Source: Hydrolagus affinis (taxonomy: Eukaryota). Taken from it: DNA of 64,000 nucleotides. The position numbers were made by a program, and so were the translations under genes. The notes under the pieces are model-generated. The model had not been told where the DNA came from and ran no database searches. It saw only the letters and a list, made by a program, of their open reading frames with translations. Of this stretch, positions 25,490-38,290 are shown piece by piece. How positions within the stretch are numbered: the stretch's first letter is position 1; every line of letters begins with the position of its first letter. The stretch spans positions 1 to 64,000 of the forward strand of contig JAAILG010000968.1 of NCBI GenBank assembly GCA_012026655.1. Reading direction: 5' to 3'.

Positions 25490-25900
25490 ACAATCTTTCT
25501 TATCTATGTCCAGTGTCCTGGCCAGCATATTCCTTCCTGGTAACCTGTTCCACTCATTGTCCATTATTCTCTGTGTGTTGAATACATTCATATCTGGAAT
25601 CTGTCACAAAATTGCTCTTCACTGTCCTGAACCTATGCTTCCTTATCTTGCGTCTTGCTGTGTCTGAATGTATTGTTTTTAGTTTGCTTTACCCTATCCA
25701 ATTTAGTATCACATGCCTCTATAAAGTCCCCTCTGAGACGATTCTTTTCAGACCTGAGTTTCTTGCAATATTCCTGAAATGTGGGTTGTTTCTACTTCAA
25801 TGCTTGTTTGAATTCTTGAAATGCCAACGAAATATAATGTTTTACGCATTTGCCCCTTCTCTATTCCCCAATTTTGAAGGCAGTTGAATATGTTAGACAG
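25490..25900 (-). mobile_element. decayed CR1 LINE 3' region
   Basis: cttcctggtaacctgttccactc..ctctgtgtg and ctctataaagtcccctctgagacgattcttttcagac (LKRIVSEGT, a decayed LEKRRLRGD). Confidence 0.6.
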
Positions 25901-25959
25901 CACTTCTTTGACATCAAAATCCCAATATAGATTTCCTGAAGGATATCCCTAAAGGAGCT

Positions 25960-26210
25960 AGTTTTCATACGCTGTATAAGCCTGGACAGTGAGTGTTGTA
26001 AATGTTGTGATGTGAGGTGGCATCACAGACAACCCTGATTTATTTTTGGTCAGCTTATTCCAGAGAGTATTAGACACAGAATTACAAAAGCCAAAGCTTG
26101 GGGACCCAAGAGTGGGCATTTGGAATACTGCCGAGGATTAAGGCGACCCTGATTGATCCGTTGCTCTCCGCAGAGATCAATGGAGAGGAATCAGAAGTAG
26201 GATCCTTAGT
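25960..26210 (-). mobile_element. AmnSINE2-like ancient SINE fragment
   Basis: agcctggacagtgagtgt..ggcatcacagacaaccctgat resembles the reverse complement of the recalled AmnSINE2 body. Confidence 0.45.
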
Positions 26211-26808
26211 CGATTGATATATATTTTTTTCCGAATTCCCTTTCCCTGACCTGAAAAATGCTAGAGCATTACGAATGTAAAGCAGCCTACCACTGTATTG
26301 ACGTAAGAAGAGATGAGAGGCATGAGAATTTGTCAATTTGATTCACAGCCTGATTGCTTTATTTGTTTTGAAGCATTTCATTTGAAACAAGGGACGTATT
26401 GATGTCGCTCCCTTGCACACAGCTGTTAGCATGCAATGATCATTAGCGGCATATTGCTAAAAAGAGGACTGGACATCAACAGAAATGGTGGCCTCTCCTT
26501 CCATCCTCAGATAATGCACACCAGCGATTGAACTTAATCCTTCGTTCGTCTCAGAATTATCCCATACGGGGTATTTTTGCCATCAGAGAGGGTTATACTT
26601 GTCATCTACAGAGCTAGTGTTTCATTTCACCAGGGGACAATCAAGATGTGCAAATGCTTCTGAGTCCCTGCATTTTTGATGGTGTTTCATCACCAATTCT
26701 AAATCACATTGAAGCTGTGATGAACTGGCGGATTTTTCACGCGCCTCACCTGCCAACTTTCTTTTCTCACAAAGCAAATGAAACTTCTTTTATTTGATCA
26801 CGCCCATG

Positions 26809-26889
26809 CACAGACATACACACACACACACACACACCACACACACACCACTAACACACACACACAAACACACACACACAAACACACAC
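26809..26889. repeat. imperfect (CA)n microsatellite
   Basis: About 80 bp of interrupted CA repeat. Confidence 0.95.
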
Positions 26890-27429
26890 CAAAAGCAAAC
26901 CCTCATCGTCTACTTTTGAAGGCAATCCAATTTTGTTCTCTATTCGTGGTCAGTCTGCCTTTTAGCAACTGTGCTGTTAATGATGATGGCGTGCAGTTTG
27001 CTGGGGGCAATGTCAATAGATCCCTTGTTTCAAGTGAAAAGTTACGAAACAAATCAAACAATCGGACTGTAAATCAAATTGATAAATTCGTATGCCTCCC
27101 GTCTCTTCTTGCGTCAACACTATGGTAGACAGCAATACTTTTTCAATAATTTGGCATTTTCTTAGCTTTTATGTCAAGTCAGAAACCCAGCAACCCCCTA
27201 AGGAAATTCTCTTTAATAGCTACAGGCGCTAAGGTTCAATTCACCGAGTAGTGTAAATCTGAATGAGTACAAAGAGCAATAGCCTTGCTGAAGGAAGCCA
27301 CAAGGCTTCCTCAGAGCATGAGGAGGTGGGAATGTGGAACTCACCACTGCAAGCTGTGGTTGAACTTAAAATACATCAAGGTTTTGAAGAGGAAACCTAA
27401 TTCATACATGAGAGGCACGGGAGTGGCGG

Positions 27430-27748
27430 CAGAGGAGAGGGGATAAGGGGCTCGTGTGGAGAATAAACACAGGCATAGACAACTTGGGTTGCATGGCTCA
27501 TTTCTGTTAAAGATCCCATGGCAATATTCAACTAGAAAAGGGCGTTTTTCCTGGAGTTCTGGCCAACAATCCCCCAAATAAAATTGGTCACTCACTTCAT
27601 TGCTGTTTGTGTGACATTGCTGTTCACAACTGGCTGCCGCGTTTCACCCACAAAATATAGTCACTATATTTATGGTATATCCTGTGAAGCACAAAGAGAT
27701 GCCTCAACTATGTGATTCGGCGCTATATCAAATGCAAGGATTATTATT
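27430..27748 (+). mobile_element. CR1 3' UTR followed by the 3' half of a Deu-domain SINE
   Basis: ggctcgtgtggagaataaacacaggcatagac (CR1 UTR), then aaagatcccatggca..cattgctgtttgtg..gctatatcaaatgcaaggatt. Confidence 0.8.
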
Positions 27749-28854
27749 GAATTTTAATAGGTCACAGCCACATATATATTACAATTAAATGGCTTCTTAT
27801 GGACTGGAATTTAAATCTAGCTGCCGTGTTTCCTTTGATATATTTTGCGAATATGTCCAACTGCAGCGATAAATTAAATTCCTGTGTCTATTGTGAAATT
27901 ATAGCTTTTTTCCTTAACAAAACCAAATACAGTTAAATCTATTTAACAATGCTAATTCTCTTTCACCACAGTGTTAGCAACTAGGTCATCCCATCAAACT
28001 CTTCCTGCAGTACCAAAAGGTAAAATTTTGTCTTTGGGGGGAAAGATAAAGGAGTCCTGAAATGTTGATTTCGTGAAAACCAAACAGAACTGAAATGATC
28101 TCACGGCTACTGCTAACAGCAACCGTAACACAACACGGCTCCAACAATCTTGCAATTAAATAATCTCCAGTGGAATGGTAATGACATGTCACTAAAACAA
28201 ATAGAACAGCAAAATGCCAAATAGCCCAGCAACAGCACCAGCGCAATTATGAATGGGCTCAGCGAGTTATAGGTCTTTAGTTCAATGTCAGGGAAGCTTC
28301 TGCTGTGAAGAATTGCTGATAAGGCCCCTGTAGATTTAGCATAGTTGCTATATGCTATTATTGTAAACATTTAGATTACAATTTTATATGAAATTGCTCT
28401 TCCAAATTGTTCCTAATTCTGCAAGCTATTTCGCCAGCTGCCAGCATATACGTATCGTGCAATGAACATTTAAAAAAATATATAGCAATTGTAGTTTAAA
28501 ATGTTTTTCCTGATTGAAAACTGCATGAATTCGCATTTTTTTGTTGTTGTTGGCATTCACAACCATGTTGCCTATTTTGAACAAAAGGTATTTTTTGTTG
28601 AAGGAAGCGCATCTATCTATTGAGGTAAAGTTACCCGTATTGCGTGATAATTAGCACAAGGAGCGCATTAGCAAACACTACAAAATTTACCCGGTTGCCT
28701 CCTTTCTCATTCTGATTTCAACAGTTTGCATGTATCCAGCAGAAATATTTGACAGGTCATGAGATTCTGTGACAATGCTTCCAGACAGCTTCCCTCTCCT
28801 CTCCTATCTCACTCCCAGCTCGGGCTTTCATTTTGTAAAGCTCCTTGGGACAAT

Positions 28855-29159
28855 TAATCCTTGCATTTAATATAGTGCCTTATCACATCTTATCGGCATC
28901 TCAAAGCGCTTCACAGAATTAACTGTAAAGTGAATTGACTGTAGATTTGTGGGCGGAACGCAGCAGCCAATTGCACACAGCAGTGTCCCGCAAACAGTCG
29001 TGGATTAAAATGACCAATTTATTATAGTTTTTTTTGATGGATTATTATTAGGCGTGTGGAGTAAGGAAACTTGCCCAAGGTTACGTCCTGATCCCCCTGG
29101 ATTCGAACACAGGTCTCACGCTTGTAAGGCGAGTGCTCTAACCACTGAGCTACAGGAGA
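28855..29159 (-). mobile_element. tRNA-derived SINE, family A short form, full length and little decayed
   Basis: Intact A and B boxes (tagctcagtgg, gttcgaatcc); sits against an opposite-strand L2-like tail (tgtaaagctccttgggaca). Confidence 0.93.
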
Positions 29160-29509
29160 CAGAATTCCCAGCAATGGTAAAACATACATTAGGAATTCTG
29201 AGTTTTAATTAAAAATCTGAAACGGGAGGAGGGATATTCCCTCTCTGAGTTGTTGCTATCATTTGCACATTGCATGGGAGAAGCCACAGAGGCGAGGGCA
29301 CTGTCCTTCACACACAAGGTTGCCTGCTTCATTTAGCTGAGTAGATTTGAATTGAGATGGCATAAATTCACCCATCTGTTGCTGTCTTTGTGGCTCTCAT
29401 AACATTGAGCCTCTCGTATCATTGTGCTTCCAAATGTACAATCATTTAAGTCAGAGAAAATGAGGTTCAATTTGCCCAAGGTGCCAAGATCTCCGATTTG
29501 GAAGCATTG

Positions 29510-29936
29510 GCCTAATAGAGATTACTCCCTCCCTCAACCCCTTTGCCTCACTCCCTCCTTTCCCATCTCAAGGTTGCACCTGAAGACTTTCTCTTTGACT
29601 GCCTTTATGGTCACCTATCCCCTCCACCTGGCTCGGCCTTGGGCTCCGCCATTGTGAAGCGCTCTGAGATGCCACCCAGTATGGAGTGCGTTATATAAAT
29701 ACAAGGTGTTGTTGTTGTAACTGTATTATGTATGTAGTCAGACTCTACTCCCCTTACCTCTGGAACTCCCTCCCTCTACCCCTCCATCTCTGTCTTCAAG
29801 TCAGACAATAAAACCTATCTCTTCGACCGTGGCTATTGTCATTTCCCCTTCACTCCTTCCCCCATTCCTCTGCTTGGCATTTGCTTTCAACTTTGTCGAC
29901 CCAAGACATTATCCTATGTGAAGGGCGCAAGTTGTT
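29510..29936 (+). mobile_element. two tandem L2 LINE 3' ends
   Basis: actccctccct..aagactttctctttgac..tgtgaagcgctctgagatg..(ttg)n, then ctggaactccctccct..aaacctatctcttcgacc. Confidence 0.8.
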
Positions 29937-30899
29937 GATAATCTCTAGTCATTGTGAGAGTATCTGCCCTCACTCCCCCGGACAAATTTAAGTAATGGGC
30001 ATGCCTTGAGACAAACAAGGACAAACAGCAAAAGAGTTAAGAAGCTGGTTGGTTCAAATCAGTGGGTGTATTCATGAAACACAAGTCCTTTGTTAGAAAT
30101 TCCCAAGAGCTTCTTTGACTCCTGCGTATGCACACCTTACCAACATCAAACTGGAGCTCGAACAGCGAAGCATTTATGATTACTCGCGAAAACGTTTCCC
30201 GAGGATAATTTATGAAGTGTACAAATAACAAAACCGGATGTTGAGGAGATCTGCCAGTGTAAACAATGGTGGTTGGGCCTCACTGTTAGCAGCCCCTTTC
30301 ATCTGGGAAAACTGGCAATTTTATAGTCTCCCAGTGCCGACACTGCTTCCTGCCTGGCAATAAATAAGCTGCTCGTGCAATATGATTCCCTTTGCACAAG
30401 AAAGCGACAAGTGAAAACACATCCAAACCATCCCAGTCACAGTCACTGTGACAATATAGGGCAGCTCGTGGCATGTATTGCAACGGGAATCCAAACCCTC
30501 TAATCTAACAGGTAAAGCGCATAACTGTGCAAGTGTGGTAATGCTCACGCAGACATTAATTTAAACAGAACACAAGAGGATTTATTGGCGGTCTGTCTGG
30601 GGTGAAGCGGTATGTATGGCTTTCTCACGCAGTGACTGCCAGGATTCTGCTACAGTGCAATGAACATAGGCAATAATTTTTTTTTACCGTCCATGTGATA
30701 TTTCATCGATTCTCTCAGGATAACAGCCTTTAATGAAACACTTAAAAATTCCACTTTACGAAAACGCAACATTTTTATCTCCTGGAATCAAAGTTACTGA
30801 CTCCCCACCAACCCCACTGTTTGTTACAGCGCCTTATCAGGTCATTGAGATGTCTCAAAGCACGTCACAGAATATACTGTGAAGTGTATCGATTGTCCT

Positions 30900-31060
30900 T
30901 CAAGGGATGTCTCAGGATCTTCCTCTTCAATAGTGCCTTCGGCCACCTCACCTGCCCTCCACCCCTCCTGATCCCAACCCCCTACTTGAGTCCAAATCAC
31001 TGACTGCCGTGGGACGTCCTCCGAGTGTGAAAGGTGCTATATAAACGTAATTTGTTGTTG
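30900..31060 (+). mobile_element. L2 LINE 3' end
   Basis: ttcctcttcaatagtgccttcggcc..gggacgtcctccgagtgtgaaaggtgctatataaacg..(ttg)n. Confidence 0.8.
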
Positions 31061-32132
31061 TAGAATTTTGGGACGAAATCTCCGATTGTGGTTCTTCACA
31101 TTGACATTTTGAGCTCCTTTACTGACTACAAAGTTTGTTACATTTATACTGGGATACATTTGGCATTTGGCATATACAATGCAATAGAGTCTTCGCAAAG
31201 GTCTTTGCCCGATTCCTGAAATCAAGACAATGAAAGATGCCACAAAGCCCCCTTAAGAAAATTTAGGCTTGAAACGAGATTACTCTCTCTTCTTCTTTGG
31301 CTTTTTCCAGATATGTTCTGGGGCGAAATGGGCATAATCCTGGTAGACGTAGCAAATGGCCCCATCAAAATACAGAGGATATGGTGAAAATAAAGTGAAG
31401 TTATACCCTACGCTCCTAGTCACTAATTTGGGGGCAAAGTACTTGTGATTGAATTGAGGCACTGGAGAAAGGAAGTAGACAAGGGTGAAAAAGCAGCAAT
31501 GTTGCAAATCCTGATAACTCAGAAATAAAACAGCCGTGTTGTGACAATTTGAAACTAACACAAACTAACTCAAGTTGCTGAAGCGCTTGATGTGATTGGT
31601 TTTACTAAGTGTAATAGGTTTGCCCCTAGATCCACTGTCCTAGAAATTAATCAAGTGACCAATTACATAGACAGACGTTGCCTATGGGAGACAACCCAGA
31701 GCGATAGTGTTGCAATTCCTGTTTTCCTGATAAAGAAAAAATGTTAACGCAGCACAAGATAAGGGACAAAAAGAAGAGCTGAAGTCTCAAACAATTGGAT
31801 TAGTATAAATAACTGTGTCTAATTTAATGGCATTAGCCTTAGCCTGAATTAGATAGAAATCTGCTATTGGCTGGAACTATTGGAGGCATAAATTTTTGTA
31901 TATTTAGACATTGCATTGACTATCTTCTTAATAGAAAGCCTCTGCCAATTTGTGTGGATCTGAAGCAAGAGATTTCAACAAGGCGTTTTGTGGAAACAAA
32001 AGAAATCTATTCATTCAATTCTTCTAACCTTGGTTTATTCCATAACAAATGTGAAAGCAAATCTAGTACTGTATTATACGGCTGTGTTGAAAAGAAATCC
32101 TTGCTACATTTACAGTGGCAAAGGTTACTTAC

Positions 32133-32141
32133 ATGTTGACA
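32133..32141 (-). other. candidate 9-nt microexon (TGTCAACAT)
   Basis: About 55-nt AG-free pyrimidine-rich tract ending ctactttgtttgcag, then 9 nt, then GTAAGT. Confidence 0.3.
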
Positions 32142-33019
32142 CTGCAAACAAAGTAGCGAAGGGATAAATTGTGATTGGGGAAAATTGAAGGGAGCGGAAG
32201 TCTGACAAATATAGGTGTCTAATCGAAATCTTTCATTCCTGTGGATATTATTCATGAACAGAAAATCTAGATCAGATGAGATGAGATGAGTGAAATATTC
32301 GAACCAGAAGATTGAAATTAGTGTTTTGTGTGCAAAAACGCCTGGCATGCAATTACTGTTAGTTGTCATTGGGTATCGAGGAAAGGAGAGAGCTTTGAAG
32401 ATATGTACTCTGTAAACTACCTTGATTATTCTACATTCACCCATTTTTAAAAAAAACACTATTATTGGAATGTGGCTGTGTTGCTTCCTTTCATGCAATT
32501 TTTAACTTTCAAACAGTGTAGCTCTAGCTATAGAGAAAATGCAAGATTCAAAATGATGGACTCAGATAGCGAGAGACAGAAGGACATAGACAGAGAATGA
32601 TCACAGTGATAAGGTGTGTTAACATTGTGTCTTGGAACAGTGATGATAATAATAATAATCCTTGCATTTTGCATAGCGCCTTATACTTACTGTTAAGAGC
32701 ATTGACTATATTTTGTGGGCGAAATGTGGCAACCAATTGTGCATAGCAGTGTCCCACAAACAGTAGTTGTTTCAGGTATTACTGTAGCCATTTTGGATTT
32801 TGCGTAATGTCCAATTATCATACTTGGATAATTGTTGCTACACACATCGCCCCTGTTAGTGCAGATAATAAGCTCTTTACTGTTTTGTTGATATCTAGCT
32901 TCTTTTTGAGTTGTTTCAAAGGTCCAATTAAAAAACCCTGACTTTCACAAATTTACCGGAGGAGTTTTCATGTGAAGGTTTTCAGCACTAGAAGCACATT
33001 CAAAAATTTCGAGGGACTT

Positions 33020-33200
33020 ATCTAGAAAGAATCAACACTTTCAGTTTCCACCGTCTCCCTTGAGAGCCTGTTCCGTACGCATACTAGATGGGTTCCGGAT
33101 TTACCCCCACTTTAATCGCAGACCACGTCCTTTGATTCTACTGTTCACTACAAGATAAAACAGTTTATCACGGTCTCCACTATCTAGTCCCTTTAGATTA
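33020..33200 (-). mobile_element. CR1 fragment, same subfamily as 6840-7361
   Basis: Shares cactacaagataaaacagtt..ccctttagatt and gcctgttcc with 7000-7230. Confidence 0.8.
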
Positions 33201-35524
33201 TGAAAAATAGGTATCCTGGTGCTTTCTGTACCTGATTAACTTTGGGGAGGAACAGGAATTGAAGTTTGCAGATCTTTCCTTAAAAGAAGAAGGGCACTGG
33301 ATAAAGTTCAGAAGAGAGCAGACTATATGGGAGGGGTTGATAGCCCAAATGGCTTTTTCTTGTTGCATGCTTTCATATATTTTTTTTGATGAAAGATTTA
33401 TGACAGATCAGTAGTATTGAACAAAAAGCTGATAGCCTCCTTCAAGGATGGATTGGAATAATTCACAAAAAGATAGCACCAACATTACTCCTGCAGTATA
33501 GCAGCCAGAATATTAATGCACCAGCAGAATCTTTGATGCATTTGTGCCAGAGGAATAGTGGTTTCAACATGGAGGGACTGACTCAGATGGGATTACATAT
33601 CTAACGGCAATGTTGTTTTGCTGGAGGTAGATGGGACCATAGTAAGCTGGATGTTTGATGAATGCCCTGAAACATCTGCCCATATTTTGCTCAGGCCACT
33701 GCAATCCATATTTATTTCCCCAATTATCCATGTACAACATTTTAAAAATATGAACTTACTGTCAATTTGGATTTAATCAGAATGGATGGTCTCAGAACAA
33801 ATAGAAACAACTCGGGCAGATTTACTGAGCGATACTTTAGAGCTAAAAATAATAATTTGCATTCTCGGTGGTAGCTTTATTCTTTGTGTAGTCACTTCCT
33901 GACCCAAAGGAAAAGAACACTGGCTTGAGTTATTCAGCACGTCAAGTGCCAGATTGATTATCAACCGTATCTACAGTATTTTGCTTAGCAAACCTTATTT
34001 CAACGAAGGTAATGTAACAAAGTGTTGAAACAAGCGAAGATCCAACACTTTGCAGAGTTGTACATCGCTGTGCCTTTACTTTGACTTAATTGAGATCCTT
34101 TTAAGTAAAAAAAAACAAGTTAGGTTCAGTGATTTACAGCCACAAAAACAGTCACTACACATCATGGTAATACCAGCAAAGCAGTTTGCAACCATTTCAA
34201 TGTTACAATGTTACATAAGCTACACAAATGCAACCAATGCAAATACACAGACACTACACCTTGTGGTAAATCCTGTGAAGCATTTTGAAACCATTCAATT
34301 GCTCACAATATCAAATGCAAGAATTATAATTAGAACTCCTTCAAGTGTATCTAAATCCTGTCTTTCCATTGGTAAAATAGTTTGTTACAGTAATTTAATA
34401 GAATTATTTCTGCCAGAATAAAAACATCTTTGGAACAATTATTTTGTTAGGGATCTGAGCAAAATATAATTTGTTTACTGTCTTAAGTGTGGCTGATTTT
34501 GAGAGGAGAGGGTTAAGGACTGCATCATGTGTTTTTGGCTGTATTTCAAATATCACTATTAAAATATTGATTTTTTTCCATTCTTTGAACTTCAATATTG
34601 TAGGGGAAAAAAATTCTGAAAATATATAAAAAATTAAACCAAAAATGCAGACATCTGGAGACTTCCATTCACAATGAATAAAGAGGTCTGTAATGGCTGA
34701 AACCCAAATTGTTTAGGAAGGAAAATCTTCAGCTCAGTTTCTTCCCAATTGTTTATCTTTTTTTAGTAACGAAACATCATTAGCATCAAAGCCTGGGGGG
34801 AAAAATAGTTCGGAGTGATCAAGGTTTATTTTTCCTGGAATGAGAAAAAAAAATCAGATCGAAGAATGCTAAGGGAGTTTTAGATGCCAGTTTTGTGCTC
34901 CAGCTATCACCAGCCTCCCCAAGTGAAGGCGGGCAAAATGCTATTAACTGCACTAGGTCATTCCTCTGACATGCAGGGGAGAAATTAACAGCTGTCATCG
35001 AATGATGAGTTAACTTCATAATGGTATAATCGCACTGACAAAACAATTAGCATTCACAGGAAATAGATAATGAAAATTCCACGCTGAGTTATGGCGATGC
35101 GTCTGACTTCAAGAAAAAACAGGAATAAAATGTGGGTGGGTGAATTCAGAATGGGTTGCAAAATAATTTGATTGTCATCCTGGCTGCTTGTTGCCAAATT
35201 GAACAAGTAGATCAAACAGGTCGGTGCATCAAAATCCATAACGCCAATAGCGGCAAGTGCTTAAGGAAGCTTCTAACCATCCGGAACGTTTTTTTTTTAG
35301 GAAATGTGACAGTTCATAAAAGATCGAGTTTAACACGTGAAGTTTTATTTTGCTTGATTTTTTTTGTACCGTCCACTTATTTTAAATCATCAATCTTCAG
35401 AAATAAAGACCGTTGACAAATTCCTGATCCAGGCCAACTTGGTGTGAGGAATATAGGAAGAGGTCACAGAAAACATGTGTGATAAGGAAAGTCCAAGTAT
35501 TGTCAGCCTACTGGGCAATTGATG

Positions 35525-35690
35525 ACAACAACAACAAACTCCACTTGTATCACACCCTTCACATCAGAAAAATATCCCAGGGCGTTGATCAGTCAGGATT
35601 TTTTGGACCTGAGCTGGTCAGAAGGGGTGGCGAGCAGTGGCTTGATGGTGGGTGGGTGGCCAAAGTCATGGTCGAAGAGATAGGTCTTTC
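35525..35690 (-). mobile_element. L2 LINE 3' end
   Basis: (AAC)n tail and ggtcgaagagataggtctt. Confidence 0.7.
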
Positions 35691-35789
35691 GACTTTAGAT
35701 TGTTCTTCTAAAGAGGCTATAAGGATGGGTCAATACGGATTGAGAAGCAGTTAATCATATTTCAGAAAACAATCAGAATTCCGTGAGGA

Positions 35790-36070
35790 TAATAACAATA
35801 ATAATTTTACATTTGATATAGTGCATTGTCACGTCTTAGAGACATCTCAAAGCCCTTCACAGAAAACATTGTAAAGTGTAGGCACCATATGTTTTGTGGG
35901 GAAAATGTGGCAGTCAATTCCACACAGTAGTTTCCCGAAACAGTCGTGGATTGAGTGACAGATTATGATTATTTTGGTGGGATTATTACCACCGGAATGT
36001 GATCTGCCAATCGACTGACAAGCAGGTTCCTACTTACTGCTAGATAAACAGAGGCATGTGTGTGGATAAT
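35790..36070 (-). mobile_element. family A SINE long form (retains Meta-like segment), headless
   Basis: Tail and Deu core plus aatcgactgacaagcaggttcctacttactgctagataaacagaggcatgtg, matching 44888-44940 in reverse. Confidence 0.8.
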
Positions 36071-36819
36071 AACTGAAACAGAAGATGAGGGGTATAATTT
36101 GCTTGCGTTTCCAGGAGGAATTTGGTGCCATTAAATGTGTGATACTTTCATCAGAAATCAAACCACTGGGGGTTGAGCATGTACAATGTCTCCACCACTG
36201 CACCCACTGCCCGTGTCAGCGTCATTGGAGTAATTGCTGTTACATCAACATTATTATCTTCTAATAGTGTAAGTGTTTCCACAGTTACAGATAAAGCGAT
36301 GGCAAAATTAATCCTCTCGCAAAATATTCCCAAAGGTAACAACAATCCTTTTTTTTAAAAAAAATCAGGTACAGACAAATTGAAGCGGTTCCATTTTGCA
36401 ATCCAGTTGTCAGATTATTCTTGTTTCTGCTAATTTTGCGGTTATGGATTAAAGTAGCCAAAGTAATGATGTTTTTACCACTTCACACCAGGTCTGTTTT
36501 GTGCATTTCTTAATAGAAATTGGAATATGGTGGGGGAGGAATTGTGGCTCCTTTCAGCAATCAGAGATGTCACACAAGTAACCCAGACTCCAGGGAATTC
36601 CACATCAAAACTATATTGAGGAGGAGGATTCCTGCAAAAAGCAGCAACACAGAGGTCAGTAAGACATTCTGCAAAATTGATCCCATTGATGTATTTCTTA
36701 AATCGGATAAATGTGTGTGATCAGTTTCATAGTAATCGCCAGTTAAATGATGGATTCGTTCAATGAATAGCATCCTTTATATTATCCGTTTAACCTTCAA
36801 AGCCTCTGTATCTGCATTG

Positions 36820-37250
36820 GGGCTTAGTAGTGCCAAGAGTCCTTCAGTCATTACCCTTCCCCTTTGGGACCCAAAATTTGGATCCAAGCCAGTGTAAGGA
36901 GATGAAGGATTTCTCTCACCCCATCTGTTAAAGATCAAAGTTAAATTGACAGTCTCAGCCTCTTCTCTGGTTATTATCAGTGTACAGTGTAAATGTCCCT
37001 GAATGTAGCACCTCATTTGTCAGTTTCAGCTCTGAGAGACTTGGGATTAGGAGCAGGGAGAGCAATGTCACAGATAGTGCACTGGTGATGAGGCTGATTT
37101 GCCATCTAACCAAAGCAAAATCGAAGCAGAGCATTTCACCTGTGCTGTAGGATACCAAACATGTAAATGTTCTGACATATGCATCTAACCGGAGAACTCG
37201 ATCATTTGACCTGAAAGCAGAAGGCTCTGGATTTGATATCTGGTAGATAT
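36820..37250 (+). mobile_element. LF-SINE-like ancient SINE remnant
   Basis: tgggaccc..ggatccaagcca..gatgaagg head, gcacctcatttgtcagtttcagc body and tgcatctaacc tail weakly resemble the recalled LF-SINE consensus. Confidence 0.3.
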
Positions 37251-37969
37251 ACTTAATCCTCTACTCTTTTGTTTTTAATTAGAAAATAAATATTAGGTCT
37301 TTAAAATTTATCCTCTCGATGGGAGAGGTAAGCAAGGGCTTGCTGGCATTTTCTGCCCAGCAACAGCAGTAATCCGGAATTAGCAAAGATGCTGTCTACT
37401 AACCAACCTGGAAATGTTGACATGAGCCCAAATCCTCACAGATTGAGAGGTGCCGAGGTTAAATACTTACAGTGTTGCAGAATTCCGGTTTAGTTGATGA
37501 ATTTCCATATGAATCCAAGCAATACAATTTAGAATTGTACGGAAAGCACTAGTTGTATGGATAATTTGCTTCCTTAAAGATCATTTGCCAAATTAGCACA
37601 ATGTAATCCATTGAGCAACCTGAGCTGCATCAGATTTATTAACTGAATAATATTAGCTGAGCAGGAAAGAATAAATAAACCATGAAAATAATTGAGAACG
37701 GATTGAAGAATCAATTACAATAGGGCTTAGTCTGTTGTGAGAGATGGCTTGGAAATGTGGACGTTTTAAGATCCTCCCTGCTCGAACTTGCATTCTTAGT
37801 ATTCTGCTCCATCAAGCAATGGCATGGATCAGAACAGAGATTTTGTGCTCCATGCACAGCCCATGTGAGATGCCTTTCTGGCATTATTTAAGTGGATTTT
37901 CTTTTTACTGATAGTCCCAGGAACGCAAAGCATATAAAATTTTCACATGATTGAACTGTCTGGTTGTTC

Positions 37970-38290
37970 ACAACCAACAACTTGCATTTATTTAGCACCC
38001 TTCGTGGAGGAGAATTGATGTGGATTGGCTTCCAAGGATGGGGTCGAATGCTAAGCAAGTGAGGAAGAGGAAGTAAGAGCTGACTATGTGTGTTTTAGGT
38101 CGTGTTTCAGGCAGGATTTAATGATTGATAGGCAGGACAGGATGGGAGGGTAGAGGGCGAGAGTTTCAGAGATTAGGGCCGTACTTGCTGAAGGCTCAAC
38201 CACCAGATCTCAGGAATCAACCACGTGAAGGGCGCTATATAAACGCTGATGGTTGTTGTTGATGATGGTGGCATGGAGTGGGCAGGAGGC
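37970..38290 (-). mobile_element. L2 3' region with a short opposite-strand L2 tail inserted (about 38215-38260)
   Basis: caacttgcatttatttagcaccctt..gagtttcagagattagggcc..gctgaaggc; insert gtgaagggcgctatataaacg. Confidence 0.65.

Noticed and set aside
26778-27128. 116-aa His/Thr-rich ORF
   Set aside because: Translation of a CA microsatellite
32007-32498. 163-aa minus-strand ORF
   Set aside because: Composition typical of AT-rich non-coding DNA; no family similarity
36154-36267. Possible + strand exon ending at GTAAGT, and overlapping ORFs on both strands
   Set aside because: Weak acceptor, poor exonic donor context and unrecognised peptides
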